DNA from: a virus
Lineage: Duplodnaviria; Caudoviricetes
DNA length: 59,020 bases
Virus record (IMG/VR): IMGVR_UViG_3300034094_000170
Span: 1-59,020 of that record
Reading direction: 5' to 3' (one strand)
The position numbers and the translations under genes were made by a program. Below the pieces are notes generated by a model that was given only the letters and a program-made list of their open reading frames with translations, was not told the origin of the DNA and did no database searches. This document shows, piece by piece, positions 39,247 to 49,090 of the stretch; within the stretch, counting starts at the first letter, position 1; the number at the start of each line of letters is the position of its first letter.

Positions 39247-39640
39247 CTTTTCTGACTACATCTAAAGAAAGTTTAAATGAACCTTCTTCTACTGTTTTTG
39301 TTTTAGTGGTTTTTAACATTTGTACACCATAAACCAACATTGAATCATTGGGTAAATTACGGGTTTCTAATGATGTAATAGTCCATGATGCTGTTAAAAC
39401 GTTACCTGTGACATCAACGGTGATAGCTTGACCTGAACCACCATCAACACCATATTTATTTATGATTGCAGCACTATCATCATCATCGATAGATGCTTTT
39501 ACCACAAAATCAATTCTTGCCCCGGTATTGTCACCATAGATAACTAATAAACAATCATGGTCATCACCAATTTTTAATGTTTGACCGTTAGCTGGTAAAC
39601 CATTTATTGTAAAAGAACAATATCCTACGCTACTACTCAT
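39239..39640 (-). CDS. Virion protein, BppU N-terminal-like beta domain
   Basis: IGDD...FVVK...LVYGVQM...TVEEGSFKL pattern. Confidence 0.45.
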   Translation of the reverse strand: MSSSVGYCSFTINGLPANGQTLKIGDDHDCLLVIYGDNTGARIDFVVKASIDDDDSAAIINKYGVDGGSGQAITVDVTGNVLTASWTITSLETRNLPNDSMLVYGVQMLKTTKTKTVEEGSFKLSLDVVRKDD

Positions 39641-39643
39641 AAA

Positions 39644-40315
39644 TTAACCTTTATAAACAGTAAACATACCTGAAACTATTTCATATTCTAAGTTTAATAA
39701 ATCATTTGATTGTTTTAAAGTAAACAAAAATTCTTGTTCTTTTAAATCAATATTTAATTCATCTCTAAGAATTGGAATAGTACCAATTTGGATTTTTTTA
39801 GATTCTAATTCTGTGATTGATTCATCATAAATACCACCTGGTACACCGTTTAAAGTTTTGTAAAGTTTTTGGGTTCCATCAAGTTTTTTTACTTCAAACT
39901 CTAATTGCATACCTGCAATTTTTGTGGCATGAACTTCAAAAATTAAATTGTGAATTAAACCTGTTTTTAATCTTAGTTTATTTAATTCTAAATTTCCTAA
40001 AATTAATTTACCTGTAGGATTTACAGGAATGGGTAAAACTAATAAATCTGAAATTGTAATCTCGGTTTTTGCTTTTATTTCACAAGTAACTTTTCTTAAT
40101 CTTTTAGATTTTCCTGATAGTGTAGCCTTAGATTTAATAGGTAAACTACCAGCACTTAAAATTGAATGCTCTCTTGATGGTCTTTCAGCTAAATTAAACT
40201 GTGATATTCCTAATATTTTACATTCTGAATATCTACGTCTTTTTAAACTGGTAGAGGGAATATCTACCAGTTCAGAAATAGCTATGACACTAGAAGATGA
40301 ATAATGTACAGTCAT
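39644..40315 (-). CDS. Hypothetical virion protein
   Basis: 223 aa in the head-tail operon. Confidence 0.5.
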   Translation of the reverse strand: MTVHYSSSSVIAISELVDIPSTSLKRRRYSECKILGISQFNLAERPSREHSILSAGSLPIKSKATLSGKSKRLRKVTCEIKAKTEITISDLLVLPIPVNPTGKLILGNLELNKLRLKTGLIHNLIFEVHATKIAGMQLEFEVKKLDGTQKLYKTLNGVPGGIYDESITELESKKIQIGTIPILRDELNIDLKEQEFLFTLKQSNDLLNLEYEIVSGMFTVYKG

Positions 40316-40321
40316 GATATT

Positions 40322-41119
40322 TTAATCAAGTGTAATCACAACAGTTTCAGGACTTAAAATCAAAGTATCACCAGCGTCAATAGCTTTAGGGGGATTTAAT
40401 AAACCGTAAGCCAAGAAATCACCACCTGACTGTTGACTCCAAATCCCTAAATGGGTAGCCGTGCCTTGTGCTGAAACAGCTTCATTAAAAACTAATTCAA
40501 CAGCAACTTTTTTCTCGCCCCCCGCAGCAACAGCAAAAGTTGTTAAATTATTATTAAATTCTTTTCTTTCACCGCCACTACCAGAGGAAGGTTCAGAACC
40601 CGCAGCAACATCAGATGGTGCAGAAACCATGTAATTAAAACTTAATTTGGGATTAACTGGCATTTGCACGGCTTTATATACATGATTAAAAATTAAATTT
40701 TTCATGTAATTGGTAAAACCACCAACGTCCCAAGTATGAGAAATCACCCCCGCAGGGATAGTGATTGCATCTTTGTTTTCAATGACTAAATCACCATCAA
40801 TAGGAATATAAGTAATCATATTCCCACCAAAAGATGAATCCCAAAGTTGAATCACAACCACAGAACCTTGTAAAGCAGTGGCTTTAGGGCATTTGATGTC
40901 AGAAACATTATGAGCTTCTTGCGCTGTTGATGTTGACCAAAAAGTTGTATTTGTGGAAACACGACTATAGCCAGCACCAGTAACTTCAGAACCGGGGCCA
41001 GTTTCACCACCAGAACTTAAACCATAGCCTAAATAAAGACTTGGAGGTGTCCAAGTTTCACCTCCAAAGGCATGATTTAACAGTTTTGCTTCCGCCCAAT
41101 CAGAAAAACTACCAGGCAT
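40322..41119 (-). CDS. Virion structural protein made of two tandem homologous domains
   Basis: SFSDWAEAKLLNH...QLWDSSFGGN repeated as GFTNYMKNLIFNH...GIWSQQSGGD. Confidence 0.6.
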   Translation of the reverse strand: MPGSFSDWAEAKLLNHAFGGETWTPPSLYLGYGLSSGGETGPGSEVTGAGYSRVSTNTTFWSTSTAQEAHNVSDIKCPKATALQGSVVVIQLWDSSFGGNMITYIPIDGDLVIENKDAITIPAGVISHTWDVGGFTNYMKNLIFNHVYKAVQMPVNPKLSFNYMVSAPSDVAAGSEPSSGSGGERKEFNNNLTTFAVAAGGEKKVAVELVFNEAVSAQGTATHLGIWSQQSGGDFLAYGLLNPPKAIDAGDTLILSPETVVITLD

Positions 41120-41140
41120 AATTCATTAAAAAAATAAAGT

Positions 41141-41374
41141 TTACGATTGAGACTCTACAGAATCGGTCAAATCTTTATTTCTACTTTTGAGTGTTGATGT
41201 TTTTGATGGATTTTTTAAATCATCAGCACTCAAAGATTCAGATTTAAACGTTGTAGTAGCGTTTTCTCCATTTACAACTTTGTGTTTACTATCATCAAAA
41301 TCACTTTCATTGATAATGACAAAAGGTAAATCTGGATGGTCTTTTGATTTAACTTTTAGAGTTTTTACAAACAT
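41141..41374 (-). CDS. Small protein downstream of the capsid gene
   Basis: VIINESDFDDSKH motif; directly follows the capsid gene. Confidence 0.5.
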   Translation of the reverse strand: MFVKTLKVKSKDHPDLPFVIINESDFDDSKHKVVNGENATTTFKSESLSADDLKNPSKTSTLKSRNKDLTDSVESQS

Positions 41375-41401
41375 TTAATCTCCTTCAATTTCAAAAAAAA
41401 A

Positions 41402-42541
41402 TTAACCTAAAATTCGGCAAGCACCTTCAGGTCGAATGACAGCCGCACCAAACAAAATATCAAAAGTGAATAATGTTTGTTTATTTTCACGGGTGACTTC
41501 TAATCGCATTGTGATTTTAGTCATGTCATCAGTGAAAGTCTCAATCATGCTACCCGCAGGAATAACATCATTTAAAGGGCGAACTGCGAGAGCAAAAGCA
41601 TCACGATGAAAAGCCATATTAACAACATGGTCGCCAACAACAGTAATAGCTGAAGCGGCAGGAGCATCTTGTCTTAATGCAGGAGTAATTGGCCATGAAG
41701 TTGTAGTAGCATCTTTTCCAACAACATAGGGATAAGGGTCGCCAGCAATTGTAAAAACATCACCTTCAATTGGTGCTGCACTTGCTCCAGTTACGGTAAG
41801 AACTTTTACACCTTTTAAATTACTTGCTCCAGTCGTAGTAATTGTTCCGGCTGCGCCTGTTTCATGTGTCAAAACATTTTGAGACATAAACCAGTCAAAA
41901 CCCAATTTTCGACCGATAATTCCTTCTTTGATTGTTACATCAGTTCCGGCTTTGTCAGCATTTAAAAACTCAGGTAATGCAGTTGCGTTAGCCTCTGATT
42001 CAACATCTAATAAAATTCGACGGTCAGAAACAGGTGTTAATTGTCGGTTTAAGACTTTTCGAGCATCACGTCCAGCACCCATACCTTTATATACAGCAGG
42101 GGTTCCAGTGTTTTCTTGAAAAGGTGTGTTGCCAGCTAAACCAGCAATACCATAAACACCTTTATATAAACTTAAAAGGTATTTATCTACAGAATTTGCA
42201 AGGGATTTTGCAGCTTCAGCAACTTGCAAATTTTGATAACCATTCATTATTTCATAAATTTCTTTATCCGTTAAACGGAAAGCTTGATACTTCCATTGGT
42301 CAAGTTTAATCGGAATAAATTGAGGCGAAAGGTCTGCTGTATCAGGTGCGAGTTTAGAAGGAATAACATCTCTGGCTTCACCCATAGTGCTAGGGATAGG
42401 AACGTCAACAGATGAACCTTTTTGTCGAGCATCACTGTCAAAATTTCGATTGACTAGCAATGACATCACGGAGTTTTCACGGAACGCAACCATCCCACCG
42501 CTCAAAATTCTGGGGATTACAGCCTCAAGCAAATTAGCCAT
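41402..42541 (-). CDS. Major capsid protein (P22 coat-like)
   Basis: KGSSVDVPIP, LANSVDK, GIIGRKLGFDWFMSQN, NMAFHRDAFALAVRPL, FDILFGAAVIRPE. Confidence 0.85.
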   Translation of the reverse strand: MANLLEAVIPRILSGGMVAFRENSVMSLLVNRNFDSDARQKGSSVDVPIPSTMGEARDVIPSKLAPDTADLSPQFIPIKLDQWKYQAFRLTDKEIYEIMNGYQNLQVAEAAKSLANSVDKYLLSLYKGVYGIAGLAGNTPFQENTGTPAVYKGMGAGRDARKVLNRQLTPVSDRRILLDVESEANATALPEFLNADKAGTDVTIKEGIIGRKLGFDWFMSQNVLTHETGAAGTITTTGASNLKGVKVLTVTGASAAPIEGDVFTIAGDPYPYVVGKDATTTSWPITPALRQDAPAASAITVVGDHVVNMAFHRDAFALAVRPLNDVIPAGSMIETFTDDMTKITMRLEVTRENKQTLFTFDILFGAAVIRPEGACRILG

Positions 42542-42574
42542 AGTTAGTTTTTAATTTTTTAATTGCGGTTTTTT

Positions 42575-42675
42575 TCACGTCTGAGGAGAAAATTGAATCA
42601 CTCAATTTAAAACGTGATATTGACAAAAATATCTTTAGCTTTTCTGAATCACTCAGAAAATATGGCATCACGCCA
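42575..42675 (-). promoter_or_regulatory. Three tandem GUGAU-loop hairpins in the capsid 5' leader
   Basis: Minus strand: TGGC-GTGAT-GCCA, TTTTCTGA-GTGAT-TCAGAAAA, AATTGA-GTGAT-TCAATT; stems differ, loop is identical. Confidence 0.6.
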
Positions 42676-42816
42676 AACTGCATACAAAATTATAATAAAC
42701 AAAAATAAAACCGACTATTATAAAAATAATCGGTTTTTTTGAATCATGGAAAAAATAGTATTCTACCTTTCTTATGATTCAACTATTTAGAGGGTCTTTT
42801 TTTAAAATACCACTAA

Positions 42817-43605
42817 TTAACCTTGAATGATTGCTGTCCCCGCCGCCAGTTCAGCCATCGGAACTTGCCCCGACTGCACTTGTTTTCGAGTATAAACTTT
42901 TACTTGTTTACCGCCCACTGATGCAGTTTGGGGAGTCATACCACCACCTTTAGAATCGTTAATAGGTTCAAAAAGTGTACCTAAACTACCCTGTTTTAAT
43001 TCTTGAATTTTTTCACTTAGAGTTTTGGGACGACCTTCTGTATATTCAATTGAACCAACACGGTCAACAACACAAACTCTACCATCAACAATTTTCACCC
43101 GTCCACGCATTTGATTGATAACAACCTCTACTGGGTGAATGTCCTCAATTGAAACCTCAGTATTTTCAATGATTGCAGGTTTGCGCCCACCATTTTCAAA
43201 AAATGAATTTCTGATAGCATTTTCAATTTTTTCAGTACGCCACATTTCTTCCCATTTGTTTGCTTCAGCAAGGGCTTTTTGCTCGTTAGCCATGTGACGC
43301 TGTTTTAATTCGTCATAAGCACGTTTTTGTTCTAACTCTTGTTCTTCTTTACGTTTTGCTTCTTCTAATAATTTTTGGTATTTGTCAGGGTCAACATTTT
43401 TATGCTTTTCTAAAATTAAACGCTGTTCTTCTTCACGTTTTCTTGCATCTTTAAATTGTTTTTCCAAATTCTCGGCTCTTGCTCTTTCTTTTTGTAAAGT
43501 GGCAAGCAGTTTTTGGATGTCATCAGGTGTTGTTTCTGTTGTTGACTGTGAAACTTCTTCTGATTGACCAGTGGTAGAATCTAAATTTGTTTTGTCGGTT
43601 CCCAT
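42817..43605 (-). CDS. Capsid scaffolding protein
   Basis: Coiled coil (LQKER...VDPDKYQKL), LFEP..SKGGG near the C-terminus; directly upstream of the capsid gene. Confidence 0.75.
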   Translation of the reverse strand: MGTDKTNLDSTTGQSEEVSQSTTETTPDDIQKLLATLQKERARAENLEKQFKDARKREEEQRLILEKHKNVDPDKYQKLLEEAKRKEEQELEQKRAYDELKQRHMANEQKALAEANKWEEMWRTEKIENAIRNSFFENGGRKPAIIENTEVSIEDIHPVEVVINQMRGRVKIVDGRVCVVDRVGSIEYTEGRPKTLSEKIQELKQGSLGTLFEPINDSKGGGMTPQTASVGGKQVKVYTRKQVQSGQVPMAELAAGTAIIQG

Positions 43606-43659
43606 ATTTAGGTGACAATATTTAATACATGACTATTTAATTATCAACACTCAACCAAC

Positions 43660-45291
43660 ATGGTTTATTCTTTTTTTACTAATCAATCAATTGATAATAG
43701 CAACAACATAGAATTACCAAGCTATGAAAATCCATATTATAAATTAATGAAAAATAAATGGGCTTTTGTACTTGATATGTACAGAGGTAGGGAAGCGTGG
43801 TTATCTATAAATGATGATGGTTATTTTAATTTTGACCCTGCAAAAATCTCAAGATATCTTCCGTGCGAACAAGATGAACCAGCAGAAGAATATAAAAAAA
43901 GATTATCCCGAAGTTATTTTGAACGTTTTTTTGGGACAGCTATTGAAAACTTTTCTGGTTTTTTATCTTCATTCATTTTAAACAATGATGTTGATAAAAC
44001 AATTTTAGATAATATTGATGATGTTGATTTATTAGGAAATAATTTAGAGGTCTTTTTAAAAAATGCTGACACAAAGGCATTGAGAGATGAACATTGTTTT
44101 ATTTATGTCGAGTTTCCTAAAAAAAATGAAAATATAAAAACTGCTTACGATGAAAAAATATATAAATCAAGACCATATCTTGTTTTGATTGACTGTAGGG
44201 ATATTGTTAACGGGATTTTATCTGATGATAATAAAGAGATAATTCAATTGACAATAAAAGAAAAAATATCAGTCAAAGAGGGAAAATATGGTGTAAATGT
44301 CAAAACTAGATATAGAGTTTTGACACCTGGACATTATCAAGTTTTTGAGATTGGTGGTGAAAAAGATAATACATACCAAGTTGTTGTTGATGAAGGTGAC
44401 ACATCTCTAAATTTTATTCCGATTATACCGTATAGTTTATTTAATAAAGGTAGTATTGTTGAATATTTTGGTTGTGATGTAAACGAGGAAAGTTTAGAAA
44501 GTAAGCCTCCACTTTATGATTTAGCGGAATTAAATTTAAAACATTATCAAAAAACATCAGAAAAAGATGAGGTTATGCACAGATGTAATTTACCTGTATT
44601 GGTAATTAATGAATTACAACAAACCAGACGTAATGCTAATGAACCCTACCCGATTGTGTCTCTAGGGCCAAACACTTGTCTTTGGAATGTTGACGCTAAA
44701 TTTGTTGAGCCATCTGGTAGTGCTTTACAACAGACACAATTGGATATTGAAAAACTTGAAAAATCCATGCTTGACCGCACTCTTTCATTTTTGACAGGTA
44801 ATGAAATTGTGCGAACCGCAACAGAGGTTAATTTATTTTCTACACCTGTTGAATCTAATTTGTCAGCAATGGCACGGGCTAAACAAAGTGCTGTTGAAGT
44901 TATTTTTAGATATTGGGCAGCATACTATAAAAAACCTTATGGTGGGAGCATTAAAGTTGATGAGAGAATTTTAAAATCAACTATGGATTCTAACACATTT
45001 ACAATAATTGATAAAATATACGAAAGAGGCATAATCACAACTAAAACATATTTTCATATTTTACAGTCAGGTAAAATATTACCCAATGATTTTGTTATTG
45101 AAGACGAGTTAAAATTAGTAGAGGAAGACAGAAATAAAACTATAGCAGGACAAAACATAGATAAACTAGATGTTATTGATGATGAAGATAATGTAGATGT
45201 TAGCCAAAATAAAAACAGTAAATCTGTTGATGTTATGGTTAAAAAAGATGCAAAAATGCCAATGATAGATGAAACAAAAGATATTGATTAA
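43660..45291 (+). CDS. Portal protein (DUF4055-like)
   Basis: YLP.E.DE..EEYKKRL, RPYLVLI, IPII.Y, PPLYDLAELNLKHYQ..S, RTATE. Confidence 0.8.
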   Translation: MVYSFFTNQSIDNSNNIELPSYENPYYKLMKNKWAFVLDMYRGREAWLSINDDGYFNFDPAKISRYLPCEQDEPAEEYKKRLSRSYFERFFGTAIENFSGFLSSFILNNDVDKTILDNIDDVDLLGNNLEVFLKNADTKALRDEHCFIYVEFPKKNENIKTAYDEKIYKSRPYLVLIDCRDIVNGILSDDNKEIIQLTIKEKISVKEGKYGVNVKTRYRVLTPGHYQVFEIGGEKDNTYQVVVDEGDTSLNFIPIIPYSLFNKGSIVEYFGCDVNEESLESKPPLYDLAELNLKHYQKTSEKDEVMHRCNLPVLVINELQQTRRNANEPYPIVSLGPNTCLWNVDAKFVEPSGSALQQTQLDIEKLEKSMLDRTLSFLTGNEIVRTATEVNLFSTPVESNLSAMARAKQSAVEVIFRYWAAYYKKPYGGSIKVDERILKSTMDSNTFTIIDKIYERGIITTKTYFHILQSGKILPNDFVIEDELKLVEEDRNKTIAGQNIDKLDVIDDEDNVDVSQNKNSKSVDVMVKKDAKMPMIDETKDID

Positions 45292-45296
45292 ATATT

Positions 45297-45683
45297 ATGA
45301 ACATTTCACCTTTTGATTTTGCAGCTAACGCCGTTTTAAATTTTGATATACCTTCTGATGGTGTTAAAACTAACGATTTTGGAAATATTGTTAGTGTTAA
45401 AAAAAGTTTAAGGATTGTTGCACTATTAAATATTAAAAAAAAGGATTACCAAAATAGAGAAGGTGCTAATACTACTGATATTGCACTAGAAGGTTATTTG
45501 GTTTCGCCGATTGAATATCCTAAAGAAATTACAGATGGTATGATTGCTAACGCTGAAATAAAACTAAATTCAAATGAAATTAGCAAAGGTACTTTTGTTG
45601 TTTCTAAAAAACCAGAAAATCCTTTTTTATTATCAGCAAAAATTCAAGGGTTTACAAAAATAGAAGGGAATTTTAGAATTTAA
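45297..45683 (+). CDS. Hypothetical protein, possibly head closure
   Basis: 128 aa, follows the portal gene. Confidence 0.5.
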   Translation: MNISPFDFAANAVLNFDIPSDGVKTNDFGNIVSVKKSLRIVALLNIKKKDYQNREGANTTDIALEGYLVSPIEYPKEITDGMIANAEIKLNSNEISKGTFVVSKKPENPFLLSAKIQGFTKIEGNFRI

Positions 45684-45713
45684 TTTTCTTCTATTTTTGT
45701 GTTAGGAATCTGG

Positions 45714-45872
45714 ATTTCAATTCGCATCTCAATATTTTTTTAATATTGAGATGTTATCCTCATTTTTTACAATATTTCAATTTTCAATCCCTATTACTGA
45801 GTATTGTTACCCAAATATCAAAATATCGTTGCCTTATTTCAATTTTCAATCCCTATTAATTAATAGGGATTG
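45714..45872 (-). CRISPR. Short-spacer CRISPR-like mini-array 2, directly downstream of cas7
   Basis: Three stem + 11-nt handle units (AAAATTGAAAT twice, CGAATTGAAAT) separated by 29 and 20 nt. Confidence 0.7.
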
Positions 45873-45887
45873 TTTTAACTATTTCAA

Positions 45888-46748
45888 CTATTTGTCAACA
45901 CTCCAAAAACTTACACTATCTGGAGTATTATCGTAATCAATGGAAATATCATAATCGCTGATACTTCGAGGGATGTCAACATTTTTTTCAACTGACAACA
46001 TCTCAAACAATTTATGACTAGGATAATTACCCCATTTACTGTCATGGGTAAAAATATACAATCCTTGACAGTTCATTGAAGAACGGGCAGAGCTTTTATC
46101 AAATTCCCAACAATTAACAAGCGCATCCCAAAAAAGTTTTAAATCATCTTCAGAAACGTCGCCTTTATTCAAACCAGGATTGTAATGGATTTCAACCTTA
46201 AATAAACCATAAGGGATTAACTCTTTACGACCCATAGTTTTATTGTCCTTGCCCTCAGTTCCCTCAGTAGCGGCACATCGGGTAATTGTTGCTGAAATAG
46301 GCAATACAGGGTCAAACGAACGTCCCCAACTAACTTGTACTGGCCCCCAAACTTGTCCTGCTTTCCATCCAGTAGACAAAACGGCCCCAAACATCCGAAT
46401 ATCAAAATATCTTTGTCGTAGTAATGTCTGAACTTTTTCTTGTTCTTCTGGTGAACCTTCTTTTTTGTTACCTTTTTTGACACTAGGCTCAATCCCTAAA
46501 TCGGTGTAACCTTGGTCAATTTTGTTATTGAGGATACTACCTTCTTTAACAAAAATTTCATGGTTTCCAAGCATTTGAACATAGTTACGAATCTTGCGTT
46601 TAATACAAGCATCGGTCATTAAACCGTGTCGGGTTTCAGAATCGGTTCTTGGCTGATTTCCTGCGTCTGGGTCGCCATTAGGATTACCGTCAGTGCAATC
46701 AACTAATAAGATTGCATCATGTTTTTTGTTAGGGTCAAAGTGGTTCAT
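45888..46748 (-). CDS. cas7: Type I-C Cas7 (Csd2)
   Basis: GNPNGDPDAGNQPRTD, TDACIKRKIRNYV, FDIRMFGAV, GPVQ, TITRCA, TMGRK. Confidence 0.93.
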   Translation of the reverse strand: MNHFDPNKKHDAILLVDCTDGNPNGDPDAGNQPRTDSETRHGLMTDACIKRKIRNYVQMLGNHEIFVKEGSILNNKIDQGYTDLGIEPSVKKGNKKEGSPEEQEKVQTLLRQRYFDIRMFGAVLSTGWKAGQVWGPVQVSWGRSFDPVLPISATITRCAATEGTEGKDNKTMGRKELIPYGLFKVEIHYNPGLNKGDVSEDDLKLFWDALVNCWEFDKSSARSSMNCQGLYIFTHDSKWGNYPSHKLFEMLSVEKNVDIPRSISDYDISIDYDNTPDSVSFWSVDK

Positions 46749-46751
46749 GGT

Positions 46752-47126
46752 TTATTCTTCCTCTTGTTTGTTTTCAGTGTTTTGTTTAGTGTAAAATTCA
46801 GCCCGTCGCTTTGCAAATCCTATGAAAAACAAAGATTTTTGACGGAGTGAAAAATTTTCAGGTAAGTTTTCAGGATTAAATTCTAAAAACTCGGAATCTA
46901 AACAGTTTTGGACGTAAATCGTATTTGTTGCCGATTGTAGATGGTGACAATAACAACCTTGATACAATCGGTCAAATACTTGAAAAGGTGTTGTTGAAAG
47001 TGTTTTAAGAGAACGCAACACATTAGTATCTTCATTGTTTCCTTGATTACGTCCTTTTATTTGTGCAACGTGCATCAAGAAAGCAATCCGACCTAATCGG
47101 TATGCAATATCATCATTTGTTTCCAT
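46752..47126 (-). CDS. cas11: Cas11c small subunit from an internal in-frame start in cas8c (124 aa)
   Basis: In-frame ATG (METNDDIAYRLGR) after A-rich AAAGAAATCAAA; internal translation of Cas11 is established for type I-C. Confidence 0.65.
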   Translation of the reverse strand: METNDDIAYRLGRIAFLMHVAQIKGRNQGNNEDTNVLRSLKTLSTTPFQVFDRLYQGCYCHHLQSATNTIYVQNCLDSEFLEFNPENLPENFSLRQKSLFFIGFAKRRAEFYTKQNTENKQEEE

Positions 47127-48449
47127 TTTGATTTCTTTGATTGTTTGGTTGAGATAGAGCAAAAGACCTTTTACTCTGACAGCAAGAGAATAACTAAAAA
47201 ACTTTAGATTTTCCTCGCTATGGCATTCGGCACAGATTCTATCAATTAGTTTTTGAGCATATTCATCTGGTAATGTTTTACCCAAAAGAGTGTAATAAAT
47301 CAAAGCTGTTTCCACTCTTTGAGTGTAATCACCCGCATCAAAAAAAGCAGCTTTAATCAATGCGTAAATGGGCAAAACTTTACCATCAAGTGATTGTTGG
47401 ATTTCAAGAAAACGTTTGACATTTTCAGCTATTTCATCGGGAGTAGTTTTGTTAATCCCATTGATAGCAATCCTTCCAGCATTACCCTTTAAAATACCAA
47501 GGTAAAACTCAGATGAATATGCTCTGGTGTTTGCTGAAGTTTTACCTCCATAAACACTTTTGAAAAGACCTGAGAATTTTATTGATTCAGGGTCATTCCA
47601 AAACTCATCATTTATTCCCTCCTGATTGACATTTCCCCAATAAACAAACATCTGCTTATTAAGGGTTTGGTGATGATATGGGGAGTTTATTAAGTAGTCA
47701 AGTCCACTTATCACCCCCCATGCTGTATCAATCCCTATAGGCGCATTGTCATTACCTTTAAATCCCCATCCCTGATAGGCAGGTTTATCAAAAGATGTGA
47801 TTGATGCTCCAGTGCTATTGCCACCAGGGATATTTTTTATTTTTTCAGGGAAAACACTCAAAATAATTGGTTGTTTTTCCCCAGTGATGATACAACGTTT
47901 ATCATTCCAATCATCTAAATCTAAACGGTCAAGATATTCAAACCGCCAAAACTCTTGAATTTTTGGAGTGTCAGAAATTAGTTTTGGTTGCTCATCATCT
48001 CCTGTTGTACAGAATGCAAACCTCAACCCTTCACCCATTTTTTTATTAGGAACAGGTTTGCATCCGATTTCTTTGAGATGATTTACAACATCTTTTGTGT
48101 TAACGCTTTCAAGATAAGATATAATTTTGGAAGTGTTAACGTCTAACGTCTTCTTGCAACATCTATGCAGCAACTCCAAATATGCTGCATATTTTTTTTT
48201 ATCCAAACCTAAAACGTATTCACCAACATCAACAATCAAGATAGGAACTGTCCCATTTCTACTCAGTGATGGCACAATCATCCGTTTACCCTGAGTGCTA
48301 AAAACTTTATCCTTTTTGATTCTCTCTGTTTTTAATAATGTGATGGAATTGTTATCAACATTAATCAAAACATCAACTTTTTGAGTGGAATAACCTACGG
48401 GTAATTGCGGGTTTAATGTTTTAGAAAAATCATACAATTCTTTTAGCAT
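46752..48449 (-). CDS. cas8c: Type I-C Cas8c (Csd1)
   Basis: CIITG, GASITSFDKPAY..WG, NAGRIAI, AYRLGR, FFIGF; lies between cas5 and cas7. Confidence 0.88.
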   Translation of the reverse strand: MLKELYDFSKTLNPQLPVGYSTQKVDVLINVDNNSITLLKTERIKKDKVFSTQGKRMIVPSLSRNGTVPILIVDVGEYVLGLDKKKYAAYLELLHRCCKKTLDVNTSKIISYLESVNTKDVVNHLKEIGCKPVPNKKMGEGLRFAFCTTGDDEQPKLISDTPKIQEFWRFEYLDRLDLDDWNDKRCIITGEKQPIILSVFPEKIKNIPGGNSTGASITSFDKPAYQGWGFKGNDNAPIGIDTAWGVISGLDYLINSPYHHQTLNKQMFVYWGNVNQEGINDEFWNDPESIKFSGLFKSVYGGKTSANTRAYSSEFYLGILKGNAGRIAINGINKTTPDEIAENVKRFLEIQQSLDGKVLPIYALIKAAFFDAGDYTQRVETALIYYTLLGKTLPDEYAQKLIDRICAECHSEENLKFFSYSLAVRVKGLLLYLNQTIKEIKMETNDDIAYRLGRIAFLMHVAQIKGRNQGNNEDTNVLRSLKTLSTTPFQVFDRLYQGCYCHHLQSATNTIYVQNCLDSEFLEFNPENLPENFSLRQKSLFFIGFAKRRAEFYTKQNTENKQEEE

Positions 48450-49090
48450 CGCACTACCCCATTTTTCATGATTGCTTCAAAATATTCAGGTTCAACATTA
48501 CCCTTTGTAATCTTTTTTTGTTGATGGTCAAACCATTGAAGCTTGCCTGTTTTACTAGGGTTAAAATTTATCTTTTTGAGAACTTGTCCAAAGTTAAACT
48601 CACCCAAAAGTTCGGGATGTACCTGTTCAGTACCATCAGGAAATTTAAAAGCACAAGCATACTCTTTAACACCCATACATGGTTGTTTGAAACAAGCACC
48701 TTGACTGATTCGCTTGTTTACGATGGCAAAATATTTATCAATTGGGTCTGTTGCCCTTTTAGTCAATTCCATGCCAAAATCAATGATGTAAGCAGGGTTT
48801 TTAAGAACAACAAAATTGCGCTGTGAACGGTCGTCACTGATGATGTAATGTTCTTTGTCGTAACTACTGGTAACGATTTTACTCTTACCCATATTACGAA
48901 AAAAAGAAGCGTATCTGATTGGATTCAGAACTGTTATACTGTTGACCGTATACTCGATTTCCGGTTTCCAGAAAATCGCCTTTAGGATTCCCTCTGCTGC
49001 ACTAGGAGTGAGAAAAGGATATGAAAATGGGTCAGCTTTTGTTTCGGGTTTTGTGAATAAACCATACTCGCCCCACACTTTTAATTGCAT
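48443..49090 (-). CDS. cas5: Type I-C Cas5 (Cas5d, crRNA-processing)
   Basis: KVWGEYGLFTKPE...SYPFLTPSAAEGILKAIFWKP, VLNPIRY, GACFKQPCMGVKEY. Confidence 0.93.
   Translation of the reverse strand: MQLKVWGEYGLFTKPETKADPFSYPFLTPSAAEGILKAIFWKPEIEYTVNSITVLNPIRYASFFRNMGKSKIVTSSYDKEHYIISDDRSQRNFVVLKNPAYIIDFGMELTKRATDPIDKYFAIVNKRISQGACFKQPCMGVKEYACAFKFPDGTEQVHPELLGEFNFGQVLKKINFNPSKTGKLQWFDHQQKKITKGNVEPEYFEAIMKNGVVRC

Noticed and set aside
45751-45936. 61-aa plus-strand ORF
   Set aside because: Overlaps the cas7 end and the repeat-like units; better explained as noncoding.
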